From Setoptus koraiensis (lineage: Eukaryota > Animalia > Arthropoda): a stretch of DNA of 64,000 nucleotides. Every line of letters begins with the position of its first letter. Within the stretch, counting starts at the first letter, position 1. The notes under the pieces are model-generated. The model was not told the origin of the DNA. It worked only from the letters and a program-made list of their open reading frames with translations, and searched no databases. Positions 12,701-24,875 of this stretch are shown here, piece after piece. Location: assembly GCA_048013815.1 (NCBI GenBank), contig CM106586.1, positions 7,316,001-7,380,000 on the forward strand. Reading direction: 5' to 3'. The translations under genes were made by a program, and so were the position numbers.

Positions 12701-13141
12701 AGTGGGCCACTGTTGGCATACTATTGGCGCATCAAGTTTGTTGCACCAATCACAACAACAATAATCATCGAATAATTTGTTTGCGAACAATTTGTCAAAA
12801 ACAACAACACCGGCAAGCCAACCGACGATTGCGCCATGTGTTAATTACAGCATTGCGTAATCGTGTGATAGCATGGTCGTAATGTCGTCTGGGTGTCAAT
12901 GCGGCGCCAATCGGCATCGATCTGCTCTCTGCCGGCTGGCTGCTGGGCGACCAGCTCGAGCCGGCAAGGCCACCCAACCAACCAGCAGCCTCGCCACTCG
13001 GCACCCGCAGCCGGCTGATTGGCGGCGATACCTCAAGTGATAAGTCACTTATCTTGAGGGATCGGCGCGTAATGCGCGGCCCGATCGCAGACGCACTTGT
13101 TGTCAGCTCGTTGTCAATTAGTGTTGCGCCACTCGCTTCGC

Positions 13142-13225
13142 CTACAACCACCAAGCTACAACCACCAAGCTACAACCACCAAGCTACAACCGCCAAGCTA
13201 CAACCGCCAAGCTACAACCGCCAAG
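13142..13225. repeat. 14-bp tandem repeat (ctacaacc(a/g)ccaag), 6 copies
   Basis: Three A-variant units followed by three G-variant units. Confidence 0.95.
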
Positions 13226-13615
13226 CCGGCGACACGGCGACAAGACCCACAACTAGCCATCAATTAGCGACTCGATTGATACTTTATTGCGCTCGCTCGC
13301 TTGCCACTTTTAGGCACAGTTTACACACTCGCTTTATAAGAATGGCTTTATAAGATACAGTGTCGCCTTATATGAATAGCGATACAGTGTCGCGAGTCGC
13401 GAGTATATACTGACAAGTGAGTATATCACTGTCACTGTCGCTGTCGTTAGCCTGTTGCTGGTTGGCTGTCGATGCCGGCAAACTGTTGACTCGACATTGT
13501 GAAACGAGCCACATTTTGTCAGCCGGCGTTTGGGTGCATCGGGTGAACCCTGCGCCGGCGTCACTCGTCGGGCGTGCTTATTCGTTACGAATTAGCTATC
13601 TGGTTACAATTTGAC

Positions 13616-13658
13616 TATAAATTGACTCATTTGTAACTTTCAAATGAGTCAATTTATA
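13616..13658. repeat. Perfect inverted repeat, 18-bp arms, 7-nt loop; each arm contains TATAAA and TGACTCA
   Basis: tataaattgactcatttg-taacttt-caaatgagtcaatttata. Confidence 0.95.
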
Positions 13659-13659
13659 A

Positions 13660-13660
<1 letters not shown>

Positions 13661-13696
<36 letters not shown>
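13661..13696. repeat. (CGT)12 microsatellite
   Basis: Read directly. Confidence 0.95.
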
Positions 13697-13985
13697 GACA
13701 GATAAGCAGCCACGATATAAGAGCGACTAATTAAATTGATTCCAATCAAATCAAATCTCAATCAGCGTGTGACGGCTTGACGGGCTGTTGCCAACGCGCC
13801 GACTTTTGCACAAGCCACCCATCATACCTAATGCACATACACGCTGCTATACATACCTATAACATGCGATTAGATGCCGATTATTGTCGCAACTCGCAAG
13901 CCATTATCTCTCAAAACTCAAAACTCGCAACTCGCTTGTCAGTGTCGCGTCGTCAGCGCCAACATGCCAACAATGATAATTATAG

Positions 13986-14116
13986 CTACGTTGAGGCTAC
14001 GCTAAGGCTGCGCTAAGGCTGCATTAGGGCTACGTTAAGGCACCGCGTTAAGGCTACGTTAAGGCACCGCGTTAAGGCTACGTTAAGGCACCGCGTTAAG
14101 GCACCGCGTTAAGGCT
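13986..14116. repeat. Compound array of alternating 11-bp (ttaaggctacg) and 13-bp (ttaaggcaccgcg) units
   Basis: Read directly; a 24-bp higher-order unit is visible at 14035-14095. Confidence 0.9.
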
Positions 14117-15338
14117 CCATTTGGAAAACTATATTAAAAATATACAAACAAACATGAATGTTTGTGTGATATATTGATTAATTGCGCTGCAATTCAGTTA
14201 CACTTTCGGTTGACTTATCAAGTTGACTTCTCTCTCAAATTGACTCCTCAACATGAGACACACATTTGACATCACATCACATCACATTTCCTGCCTCGCT
14301 TGCCTGTCTTAGCCAATGCCGTAATCAACTACCTGTGCGCGATATCTTGACAACAATCTCGACATTTGATTTGGAACCCTTTGGCTCCTTGTTGCCAACG
14401 ACGCACCGATCGGCAACCATCAGCCAACAGAGCCAGCCATCAATCACCATCACGAATGATAAATTGGCTTTAGAGCTTCTTTAGAGCCCATTTATGCCTA
14501 GCAGAAATTGGTAATTAAAACACTCGCACACAAGGACAATCGCTGTTGCGAGATGCCGAGATCATCGCTTGATACATCAGTCCCATGTGCCGAGTCTCAT
14601 GTATCGAGTCGCTGGCTGCCAGGGGACGCTCGTTGCTCAACGTGCCTTCGAGCGCGTGTGTCGGTGCGTCGATGCCGGTACGTCGGTGCCGGCACGGCAA
14701 GGCGACTGGCATTGAGCGCTCGAGAGCCAATTGGCTTTAATTGATCAAATCATATCGTCGCCAACTCTTCGCTCAGGTAAACAGCGCTAAACGTGCCAGC
14801 GACAATAGAGCTGGCATCTGATTAGCGCGTACGCAGCCGTCTCATTAGCCACCCAACGCGACGACTCGGCAACACGACAGCGAGCAACAAGAGCGACACG
14901 ACAGAGCCAACATAATGAGATACATAAGTTGGCGCTCATTAGCGAGCTAATCATTGTGTCGCTGCGACAAACGACACAACCATTAGCGCACCGACAATGA
15001 TTAGCGCAACGACAATGATCAGCGCAACGACGCTGATTGGCACACCGACAGTGATTGGCACACCAACGACGAGAACCCGAGAACCTTCGGGCGAGCTCAT
15101 AACGATCACCGCCGGTGATTGATTGTTGCGCGTTGGGCGCGCTGTTGCCGTCGGGCAGCGGCGCGGCACGCGCCGCCGGCCCTCCATCGCTCGCCGATGA
15201 CTATCCGATGACAATATCTAATCTAACATATGATAACACGAGGATAGGGGCGCCCGCCCGACGAGCCGGTACGGCCTTGTGGTGCGTAAGTTATGCACCG
15301 GCGAGCAGTAGGCAGTGCGAGTGGCGCCGTGCCGGCTT

Positions 15339-15440
15339 GCCGCTCCGATTCGCAATTCCGGCCGCTCCGATCCGCAATTCCGGCCGCTCCGATCCGCAAT
15401 TCCGGCCGCTCCGACTCGCAATCCCGGCCGCTCCGATTCG
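15339..15440. repeat. 22-bp minisatellite (gccgctccgat(t/c)cgcaattccg), about 4.6 copies
   Basis: Read directly; units abut with no unique spacers. Confidence 0.95.
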
Positions 15441-18400
15441 GCGCGCCGACGAGCGCAATCGGGCGCCACCCTGTTGAGCTTGGCGAGCGGGCCGGAGCGG
15501 GTCGATGGCGATGCCGGCCGGCAATCAACGGCGTGCGGCGATAATTGTTGCGCCGGGCTCTCGGAACGCCAACAACATTCATTATGTATGTATGATAATG
15601 ATTGCCGGCCAGCCGGCGACCAGATTGGCGCTGCCGGGCCGGCCCACAGCCGCGGATCGCGCCAACGCTGGGCAGGCCAGCCGAGCTTGGCCGGGCGCTA
15701 ATTAAAATTGATAAAATGATTTAAGGCCCTGGCATCTGGCGGCTGGCTGGCTGACTGGCTGGCTTGGTGTGATCTATGCCGTGTTGCTTGCACATCCTGT
15801 TGTCGCTTCCACTCCTCGCATGCTCATGAAGAGAGTCTTGGCTCATGAATCTCGCTTGCCGGCGTTTGTTAGCCAAATGAGACAGCCAGTGAGAGAGAGA
15901 GAGAGAGAGAGCGACTCGTCAAAAAGCAGACTAGCTGCGCGAACACAGCGACTAATCTAAATTGTGAATTAGAGAAGAAACCATCGCTCGCTTGTTAATA
16001 ACTTTTAGCCGGTAATTAATTCAGCAGCCTGAGCGGGTTCACTTTTCCGGCCTTGCCAACCGGCAAGTGTGATGGTCATCGTGGTCGTCGTCGTAGTTGT
16101 TTCTGGTCGGCGGCATCGGCGCCACAGTCGGCGTCATCATCGGCGCAGTTATCGTTTTAGTCGCGGTGGTCATCGCCATCGTCAGGGCATCAACTCGGCC
16201 GTCAAGCCGCTCGTTGGCCGCCGTGCACTGACACTCTCCAATCATTGGCCCAATCTCCAATGTGAGCGCACTATCGCAACAACCTGCCCAACCATTGGTA
16301 TTAATAGTCATGATAGTTGATTGTTAATCGACCATTATTCAACTATTGTGACTACGAGCCGGCCAAATGCATCGCGGTGGCCAGTTGGCGCGCTCGCTTG
16401 CCATCGCCCGATTGTCATAACGCAATCGGGCGGTGATTTATTATTAATTGCGCATTATACATGTTGCATATTGTATGCAGTTGTTGCGGCCAACCGTTGG
16501 CAAACCGTTGGCCAGTCGTGGGCCAATTGTTGGCCAGCGGGCCAATTGTGGGCCAATTGTTGGCCGGCGGGCCAGTCGTGGCCGCAACAACAAACACAGA
16601 TCACGTATCGCGCCACCGGCAACCGATGAATACAATCTTGTTTTCGCCATTTTTCGCAATGCATCAACGCAGCTCGTTATGGCCACCCAAGTCACAAATA
16701 AGTTTAGACCAAACTTATCGGTCATCTTGATTAGCCAACAAGCGCACAACTGGCCAGTGGCCACACAATATCGGCCTGGGTCACATAGTCGTTGGTGTTG
16801 CCTTGTTGGTGTTGCGTTGTTTGGGTTGGTTGTTGGTCTTGACTCGCGCACGTCGAGTGTCCGGTGTCCGTTGGCTCCGTTTGGCCTGGCCAGACAGCGC
16901 CACCTGTTGCGGCGCCCCACACGGCCAGGCCGGCCACAAGTAGCTGGTCGCTGTTTGGCTGTCGTTGCTGTCAATGTCGTGGTCGTGGTCGTTGGCGCAC
17001 AATTCAAGTCACTCCTATCTCACAGCCGACTGACAACAGATACAACAACAACAACAACAACAACTGCAACTCGTGCCCGTTATTTTTTACAAATTAACTC
17101 GTCTCAGAATAGCTCACCGTGTCAACTGGCTCGCTGTTGCCAGAAATTGCCCACTTGCTCACTTTGCGCTCACACAATTAGAAACAACCAGGTAAATGAG
17201 CCACGCTCGTCACAGTCAGACCACTTCTTGACAATGTTTGTTGGCTCTTGTTTGGCCATCAAAGCCAAACTCACTCATATTGTCACTTGTGACACAAAAT
17301 GTCGCACACTGTGAGCACACTTGAGGACATCAAGGCTCTGTTGGCAACATGTCGACTGTTTGTCGCTGTAGACACTGTTACACCAACAACTTTGTCTCGC
17401 TTGTCTTTCGCTAATAACACACAAGCGCACTGTTTTAAAGTTGAAATATTCAATTAATTCAAGCTCTCTCGTCATCTAGCCAGATAGCTCTCGATAAAGT
17501 TCATTCGAATTAGATTTAATTATTTTCTCGCTCAAATATCGAATATTAACTATGTCTGCCTCACTCACATACAGCAAGTGGTCATTGCCAGGTGAGGCCG
17601 CACTTACAGCACCAAACAGCACCACTTTTGCATTAGACACGGCTACCAATTTGCAGCCGACAAGACGCCAGCTGTTGGTCAGTTAACAACAACAAACAGG
17701 AAGAGCGCACAACCTTTCTGTTTTTCGTTTCGTCAAGCCTAGTCTGGTGACATATAATCATTTTTATTATTATTATCATTTAGAATTAAATTATACTTAT
17801 GCCACCCTCCGTCAACAACAAATAAACAACTATTGTAAGTCGTGAACTATGTTATATTATGTGGACGAGATCGATTAAATAGAAATAATGATTGAATATA
17901 TTATTACGGATAGCGCTCTTCTTTTCTTTGCACACACACACACACACTCACTCACACAACTGACAGGCAAAGCAAGCCTATTCGAAGCTTGATTGAGAAG
18001 CTTACATAACCAGCCGATCGATGAGCCGGCTAGCCAGACAGCCAGCTAGCCTGCCATTACAATGGCTACCACCTCACTTACACACCTACCAAACACACAT
18101 ATCCCACAATCCTATTAGGTGATAGGTCTTGATGACGACCATACTCGCCACTGGTGCAGGCTACAAGTCCAGTAACGCTGCTGCCGATCGATAACTGCCC
18201 ATTTATTTTGAATGTTTCTTTGCCATCGTTTATATTGGATATTGTTGTTAAGAGTCATTTGCATTTGTTAGCCACTTCATGCGTATCTATCACGCTTTAA
18301 ATTCAAGGTTCGCCATTTGTTTTCTGCCTACTATCAATTACCTTCGTAGGCTTTTCTTTTGTTGTGTTCGAGATAACATGTTAGTAGACAAAATATTTAG

Positions 18401-19082
18401 TCAACGATCACCAAAAGACAACAACAACCAGGCCCTCTCACTTTGTCTCTTGCATTACCTAACTCGCTCTCTTCTCGCTCGCTGGCAGCTTGTTTGCAAT
18501 ATAACAAATATGTGAAATATGTCCAAAAATTGTGTCGAATATTTATAAAACGTAAGGATAAACGTTCAAGAATATTTATTGTAACGATCTAATAAAATGT
18601 TATTCAAGCCAATGATCATCTAATAACATAGTCGACGAGTAATCATTTTGTGAGTGTGTGTGTGTGTGTTTAACCAATTGAGATAAGGAACATAAGCCAA
18701 TCTGTCAGGCTGCTCTTGGACTTTGACATGGTATAAACTTATCACTCTTTTTCTCGCTAGCCAACTCCTTTCGTGTCTATCCATCGTTCTTTTCATACAC
18801 ATGTAATAATAATTTCACCATAATAACATATTAGACGACACAAGAAACACATGTTTTACGCATACAGCGTGATAGCTGTACATCTATTCATTTAAAAATC
18901 GATGATCTGTTGCGTTGTCGTAAACTTTTCCTGCTACACAACCAAAGGCATCGTCGTCATATTATTATTAGATGATATAGTGATATCGATGTATTGCACA
19001 ATAGTAATGATTATTATATTAATCATAATAATAATAATTATAATAATAATAACAATAGAATATATACACATTGGTATTGGTA

Positions 19083-22000
19083 TTAATTGGCAGAAAAAAG
19101 GTTTTGATTCATTAACGACGATCCACTTCCATTGGCCTTGCGAAGACCTTGTGCTTGCTTGATTGTTCGATACCTGTTGTAAAGATGGCCAACAATGCTC
19201 AGTTCTTGCCGAGTGGTGGGCCGACCGAACCAATGCTCGTACCTCAGGAGATTCTTTTGAATTTCCAATTTCTCATCATGCAACTGCTCTGGGCTCATAA
19301 ATGCCGTATCATAAGGTCGATTGCACAATCTACGTTTTGTATTGAGACGCTTCTCTATGTCAACAACAAATCTGACCGGACATATCATGCCAAAGTTGCA
19401 TTCAAGCTTCAATCTCCTATCAGTCTGGATGTTAGAGGTGCCAGCACTCTGTTTGATACTGCCATTCTTTTGCACAACAGCGAGCGAATGGCGATTTGGT
19501 ATAACTCTCTGTCCTTCAATGCTATGTTCCACGTTCTTCCCATGAGAGCACTCTCCAGTTTCCAGTGGCTTATTACCGGCAACGATATTTTTTGTTGCGT
19601 ACGTATTTAAGAAACTCATGCTAAGAGAGCGTTCGGGAGAAAAGGCATTATCCGCGCAGAATTCCTTGATAGAAGAAGAACGTGACTGAAGGATTGCGGT
19701 ATCGATAGAGATGTCGTTGTTAGAAAATATCAATCTGAAGACTTTATCGACTTGTGGCTTCAAAGAATCCAAGCTCCCTTGAGATCTGGATGATGATGAA
19801 TGGTTGACTATGCTGTTGGTGGATAGGATAGAGCCATTGTTATTGTTGTTTTTATCTATGCTGTGGTAGTATTCGTAATGGTTTCGAATACGCTTCATCT
19901 CATTAAATCTTCTCCTTAGGTGTTTAAGTTCGAAAACAAGTTTCGACATGTCGGCTTGCTCCTCTGAGGCTGAAGGTCTACACAAAGAATGAGCAAGTGT
20001 CGCTGATGAAGATGCTTCTATTGTATAGTTACCATCCGAGAGTGTTTTGGAATCCGATAGACCCGATAAGTTGTTTGATTTTGAGGAATCACATGAATGT
20101 AAACTCGAGGCCTTGATACGTACTTTCAAATCTGCCATGCTTGCTTTTAGGAGTGCCAAATGTTCATCTATTGGGTCCAGAATACTATCAGTGTCAACCT
20201 CCGAATAATTGACACTGATTTCTTTGGATTCCAACAAGCTCACTATAGATACCGACTGTATTTTAGGTAGATTTGTGCCTCTTTCGCGTGAAGATCTAGA
20301 CAACTTCTGTTGTTTAATCGCATCAAGCTTATCGCTGGACAGTTTCTCTTCGTATATATCATCAGCTGGATGTTCAACCTTAGATTGCTCACCATCATTA
20401 TTACTAGTGATGGGTTTGTAATCAACGTCGTTGCCAGCTGAGTATGAACGATCTTTTTCTTTCCTCTGTATTCTTTTCGAAGATTCTCGACGATGATAAG
20501 ACAAATCGTGACTTCTATGGCGATTTCTTTTGATAGACTCTTGGCTCTTTTCAGAACACCGGGTGCGAATGTTGATGACATCAGTCTTATCGTATGGCTT
20601 CTGATTATCACCATCACCATATTCTGGTTTATACTTGGTCCTTCTTGCATGTGAACGGACAGCATTCCGGAGATTGCTATCTCTTAAGACATGAGGACTT
20701 TTGGTAACACTGTTGGACTTTTTTAAATTAAAAGGGCATTCTATTCCCACTTGATCGTCAATCGCAGATCGATTCACATCAATTAACTCATCGATACCAG
20801 CTTCTTCATCGTTTATAGATGGTTCAATTTGGAAATAAGTCTCTTCCTCTCTACCCAACTCTTGATTGCTGAATCTTCTGAAAGATTCGTAGTTTTCATA
20901 ATAAAGAGATGATCTTAGTAGTGTCTCGTCTGAGTTAAATCTTCGGAAAGTGTAAAATTCCATGGTCTCTCCTAGCTCATTCAAGGCACAATTATGAACA
21001 ATCAGTTGGGGATCACGACCAACCACTAATTCCGATGTTATGTCTGGCAGTACGTGGCTAAAAGGGTGGCTTGATATTGCCTTATCATCATAAGCTTGTA
21101 CTTCCTCAATAGATTGGATTATTGAGCTAGTTGATCTGTTTCGGAACTCTCTACTAGCAGTTGCATCTTTTTTGTTTGTCAGGTGCCTGTGGGTCTTTTT
21201 TGAAGAATCCTCATCTCTAGATCCATGCAACAGATATTCGACGCGCGAATTTTTCAATCTACAGGATTCGTCGAAATTGTTATCGTATTTACCACAGAGT
21301 CTCTGGACCAACCGTTTACTTCTACTCAAAGAGCCCGCTGATGATGATCTTCTTTTCATATGCTTCCTAATATTGCGTTTTTCCGATTGTCTTTTAGATG
21401 ATCTAGAGTGTCTCCCTTTATTATGGAACCTTCTAATTTTCTCGCATATATCTGGCTTCGTGGCGACACCTTTTTGGCTTGTTTCGCCCACACTACTAAG
21501 GTTATCATTTTGCAATTGTCCAAGCTTTTCAAACGGTGAATGAGATACATCTTGGTTTGAACTTGTGCTACTTCGCTTCCTGGATGAGGTCTTCTTTCGT
21601 CGAAAAAGTGATTTTGATTTTGGATTATTCCTGGCAAGGTAAATAATATCATCTTTTGTGGCACCACTAATAGATGTCTTGTCTCTATGCTGCTGCTTAG
21701 GGGATATGTGACGTAGACTTTGGTTAGAAACAGAATTGCATATTTCCTCTAGTGAATTGAACACGACATCTTCCAAATCCAAAGCAGGAATTGTGCCATC
21801 AGCAGCAGCTGAACTAACCGATTCTAGTTGAGTGTTTATCTCTGAAGGATTCACATCTTCCTCCCCATCATTTCCAACTTGAGTTTCCATCTTTTTACTA
21901 TTGATAGGCTTGGAAATAGAGCTAGTTTCTTCATTCGTATGGTCCATTTTTTCAGCGGATTCATCAACTTTCGCGCTACTGTTTACATTGCTGGTTGTCG

Positions 22001-24443
22001 CCGGGTCATTTGTTTCGTTTTTCTTCGTCTTGCTACTATGACTACGTTCTTTAGAAGACTGAGGAACTTCTGCGCTGGTAAACGATGTACTTGAGTCGAA
22101 AGATTGAGAATCGCTTGAGGATTGATCCATTTCTGACGATGGGGTATAGCTCGTAACAGAATGGCAGTTACTAGACGAATCGTCATCGGACATGGAATAA
22201 ATTTCAGATTGTTCTGAGGATTCTATTGAACCTGAGTATTCATTGGAACATGATGTAGTTTCACTGGGAGTATACGATTCATCGTCATCATCGTCTTCGT
22301 CGCATGAGTCCTCACATGACGATATGGGACTGTGACTTTCACAGCAAGAAGCGACACAGACAGAAACACCGGGCTTTATCTTGTCGTCCAAGCCTGATAA
22401 TCTATCGGATGCCAAAGGAGGAAGGCTAATTTTGTTACCGATCTTTTGATCAGCTTGACTCGATGTCGATGGTGTAAAAATCGATTGATTGTCGTTTATA
22501 CTACTTATTGTTGTTTCTTGTTCTGAAGTTGATTTAGTTTGCATCTTTTGAGGATCATTGTTGTATTTTCTTTGCAGACTTGATAGAAGATCATTTTCGA
22601 GACTGTAAGTGTCAACGACATTTCCTAATGGGTCAGTCACATCAGAATTAAAAATGTATTTGTAATGACTGATAAAACAAGCAACAACTCTATTAGTCAA
22701 TTCTTGTTCCTTGAGGCCTTTATATGAATCCGTGCGTATCCTGAATATGTTGGGACCAAATACTATGCCTAGCGATGAGGCGCACATCTTGTTAACAAGT
22801 TGTTTAAGGGTAACTCTGTAGAGAAAACAAGATAAGTACTTAAGGGAGTTATAATTATCAATTGGTAATTGTCTGACCATATTGGACAAGTCTCTGGCAA
22901 ACATTTGTTGCATGGGGTTACTACAATCAGTTGAATCTTCTTTTTTATGAGAAGCACATCGGATACCTGCAATAGTATCTGTGTCATATCTAGCATTGCA
23001 CAAGGCCATCTTGTCCATAGAACTTTGTGACTGATCATTTTCCGTATATTTTTTTGCTATAGCTATGAATATATGATTCATTCTCACTGGTATCAAAGGC
23101 TCAGGTAATTCACGTAGATACATTTTGAGCATAGAGGCTGATGTGGCAACATCTACTGATTCCGATTCTAATGGTGCGTCTCCTAAACGATCAAATAGTG
23201 TTCGTAATTTTTCCATTAATCTTTGATTACCGCTAACTCTGAACATTCCCTCGTGTGTTAATGATGCCGAGTTTTCTTCAATATAGTTACATAATCTAGT
23301 AACAACATAGGGTACAGGTTGTAGTTTGTGAGTTGTTTCTGTTCGACCAAAACACGTTAACGGGTAGCTATTATTGGCTAGCTGCAATGGACAACCATAC
23401 ACCTTATAGTTCAAATTGAGCTGCTTACGCGATGGAGATCTACGATTGTGTAAGGTAGGAACTTGACTTGACCTCTTCTGGATAGAACCTATTGATAATT
23501 TATTGCCTAACGGTAATAGAGGACTACTAGTGGTTCCGAGATGCTGTTCGTCTAAACGAGTGGTGGTGGCCTGACCTCCTGTTGATGCCTTGCGCAATGA
23601 CAATGGTGACGTTATTAGTTTTCTCACTCGCTCTATACGAGACTCGCCAATCAAGGCCACGGTTCTCGAGTGTTGCGCAAGCGATGAGGCAAAATTTGAC
23701 GAGTTTCCTGCTATTGGCAAACCTCCCTGGTATTGTAGATATTTTGGTAATTTAAGATCACGATGAGTTGGATTTGATAGCTTCCTGAGATTGGCCTTGA
23801 TGTTGTTGTGCGTTGTGTTGCTAGAATGTGCCACAGCTTTCTGCTGCTGCTGCTGTTGTTGTTGCTGTTGCTGTTGTTGTGACGAGGTTGGCTGGTTTTT
23901 TGTTGTTGCTGTTGAGCTGGCCACTTGAGAATAGTCGCCCAGTCGAAAAACACAATGCTCCGGAGGTTCCTCTCGTTGCGAATGATCTTCGCTGGCATTT
24001 ATCATCATGAGACTATCTATATCACAGGCGTCCACAATAGATTGTTGTTGTTTTTTTCCATCATAGGATCGTTGTTTGAAGAGTTTTGGCGCAGAGAACT
24101 TGTTATCTTTATGTGATGATTTGTTGTTGCTGTTAGTTGACTGCTCCTTGTTTGTGCCCTGGGTTGTTTGTTGCTGTTCGTTGGAACTGCTGCTGTCTGG
24201 CTGACTAACTGGTTGCTGCTGTTTGGCCACGGCGGATGTGGAGGGCACCATGCTGCTGTTGTTGCTACTGCTGCTAGTGGTGGTGAGCTCGAGCTGGGAT
24301 GTTTCATGACTGTAGTTGCTGGTTGTTTGGTCGTTGTTGGCCGTTTGGGATGGCTTGGGACGCTTGTTCTCTTTTCCAAAAAAATATTCATTGATGTTCT
24401 TAGAGGCGCTACTCAATTTGCGTTCCTCTCTTTTATTGCTCAT
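19083..24443 (-). CDS. FAM13: FAM13-family RhoGAP protein, 1786 aa, single open reading frame
   Basis: RhoGAP domain (VPYVVTRLCNYIE...HEGMFRVSGN with the arginine finger, KMYLRELPEPLIP, NKMCASSLGIVFGPNIF). The C-terminal motif RPYDTAFMSPEQLHDEKLEIQKNLLRYEHWFGRPTTRQELSIVGHLYNRYRTIK is characteristic of FAM13A/B/C. Confidence 0.85.
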   Translation of the reverse strand: MSNKREERKLSSASKNINEYFFGKENKRPKPSQTANNDQTTSNYSHETSQLELTTTSSSSNNSSMVPSTSAVAKQQQPVSQPDSSSSNEQQQTTQGTNKEQSTNSNNKSSHKDNKFSAPKLFKQRSYDGKKQQQSIVDACDIDSLMMINASEDHSQREEPPEHCVFRLGDYSQVASSTATTKNQPTSSQQQQQQQQQQQQQKAVAHSSNTTHNNIKANLRKLSNPTHRDLKLPKYLQYQGGLPIAGNSSNFASSLAQHSRTVALIGESRIERVRKLITSPLSLRKASTGGQATTTRLDEQHLGTTSSPLLPLGNKLSIGSIQKRSSQVPTLHNRRSPSRKQLNLNYKVYGCPLQLANNSYPLTCFGRTETTHKLQPVPYVVTRLCNYIEENSASLTHEGMFRVSGNQRLMEKLRTLFDRLGDAPLESESVDVATSASMLKMYLRELPEPLIPVRMNHIFIAIAKKYTENDQSQSSMDKMALCNARYDTDTIAGIRCASHKKEDSTDCSNPMQQMFARDLSNMVRQLPIDNYNSLKYLSCFLYRVTLKQLVNKMCASSLGIVFGPNIFRIRTDSYKGLKEQELTNRVVACFISHYKYIFNSDVTDPLGNVVDTYSLENDLLSSLQRKYNNDPQKMQTKSTSEQETTISSINDNQSIFTPSTSSQADQKIGNKISLPPLASDRLSGLDDKIKPGVSVCVASCCESHSPISSCEDSCDEDDDDDESYTPSETTSCSNEYSGSIESSEQSEIYSMSDDDSSSNCHSVTSYTPSSEMDQSSSDSQSFDSSTSFTSAEVPQSSKERSHSSKTKKNETNDPATTSNVNSSAKVDESAEKMDHTNEETSSISKPINSKKMETQVGNDGEEDVNPSEINTQLESVSSAAADGTIPALDLEDVVFNSLEEICNSVSNQSLRHISPKQQHRDKTSISGATKDDIIYLARNNPKSKSLFRRKKTSSRKRSSTSSNQDVSHSPFEKLGQLQNDNLSSVGETSQKGVATKPDICEKIRRFHNKGRHSRSSKRQSEKRNIRKHMKRRSSSAGSLSRSKRLVQRLCGKYDNNFDESCRLKNSRVEYLLHGSRDEDSSKKTHRHLTNKKDATASREFRNRSTSSIIQSIEEVQAYDDKAISSHPFSHVLPDITSELVVGRDPQLIVHNCALNELGETMEFYTFRRFNSDETLLRSSLYYENYESFRRFSNQELGREEETYFQIEPSINDEEAGIDELIDVNRSAIDDQVGIECPFNLKKSNSVTKSPHVLRDSNLRNAVRSHARRTKYKPEYGDGDNQKPYDKTDVINIRTRCSEKSQESIKRNRHRSHDLSYHRRESSKRIQRKEKDRSYSAGNDVDYKPITSNNDGEQSKVEHPADDIYEEKLSSDKLDAIKQQKLSRSSRERGTNLPKIQSVSIVSLLESKEISVNYSEVDTDSILDPIDEHLALLKASMADLKVRIKASSLHSCDSSKSNNLSGLSDSKTLSDGNYTIEASSSATLAHSLCRPSASEEQADMSKLVFELKHLRRRFNEMKRIRNHYEYYHSIDKNNNNNGSILSTNSIVNHSSSSRSQGSLDSLKPQVDKVFRLIFSNNDISIDTAILQSRSSSIKEFCADNAFSPERSLSMSFLNTYATKNIVAGNKPLETGECSHGKNVEHSIEGQRVIPNRHSLAVVQKNGSIKQSAGTSNIQTDRRLKLECNFGMICPVRFVVDIEKRLNTKRRLCNRPYDTAFMSPEQLHDEKLEIQKNLLRYEHWFGRPTTRQELSIVGHLYNRYRTIKQAQGLRKANGSGSSLMNQNLFSAN

Positions 24444-24835
24444 GATTGACCCTCTGTCTCTATAATGTGTATAATCTTATGACTGTTGCGACAATTAATA
24501 CACGTGTGTGTGTGTGTTCTGTGTTGTTTCCGATTGGTTTAGGTGTGTTGGAGCGATGATTGCCTAGAGGGGCTCAGATTGTTCTTAGCTGTTGTTTATG
24601 CCTTGCATAGTGATTCATGTGAGGACCAATCACAGATGTAGTTTGGGTAGCATGGGGCAGACAATATGGCATTGAGAAGGCGCCTTTGATTGGACATCAT
24701 CATCGTGATTATTTGATTGTATATTTCGGTTGTCGATGTCCCCGAGTGCAGGACTTGCAGTGCAACGGTATGGTCTGGTTGTTGAGCATTGCTGCACACA
24801 GCATTGCGTACCACGCAATCATTTGTCACGCTTCT

Positions 24836-24837
<2 letters not shown>

Positions 24838-24873
<36 letters not shown>
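24838..24873. repeat. (GTT)12 microsatellite upstream of FAM13
   Basis: Read directly. Confidence 0.9.

Positions 24874-24875
<2 letters not shown>

Noticed and set aside
14035-14110. taaggcac in the repeat array (and taaggcacgcg at about 28131) resembling miR-124
   Set aside because: The match stops after 8-11 nt and there is no precursor hairpin.
2450-17300. Many 60-290-aa ORFs rich in R/A/P/G, and repeat arrays superficially like CRISPR
   Set aside because: There are no domain motifs and the ORFs are expected in GC-rich, stop-poor DNA. The arrays have no unique spacers, there are no cas genes and the context is eukaryotic.
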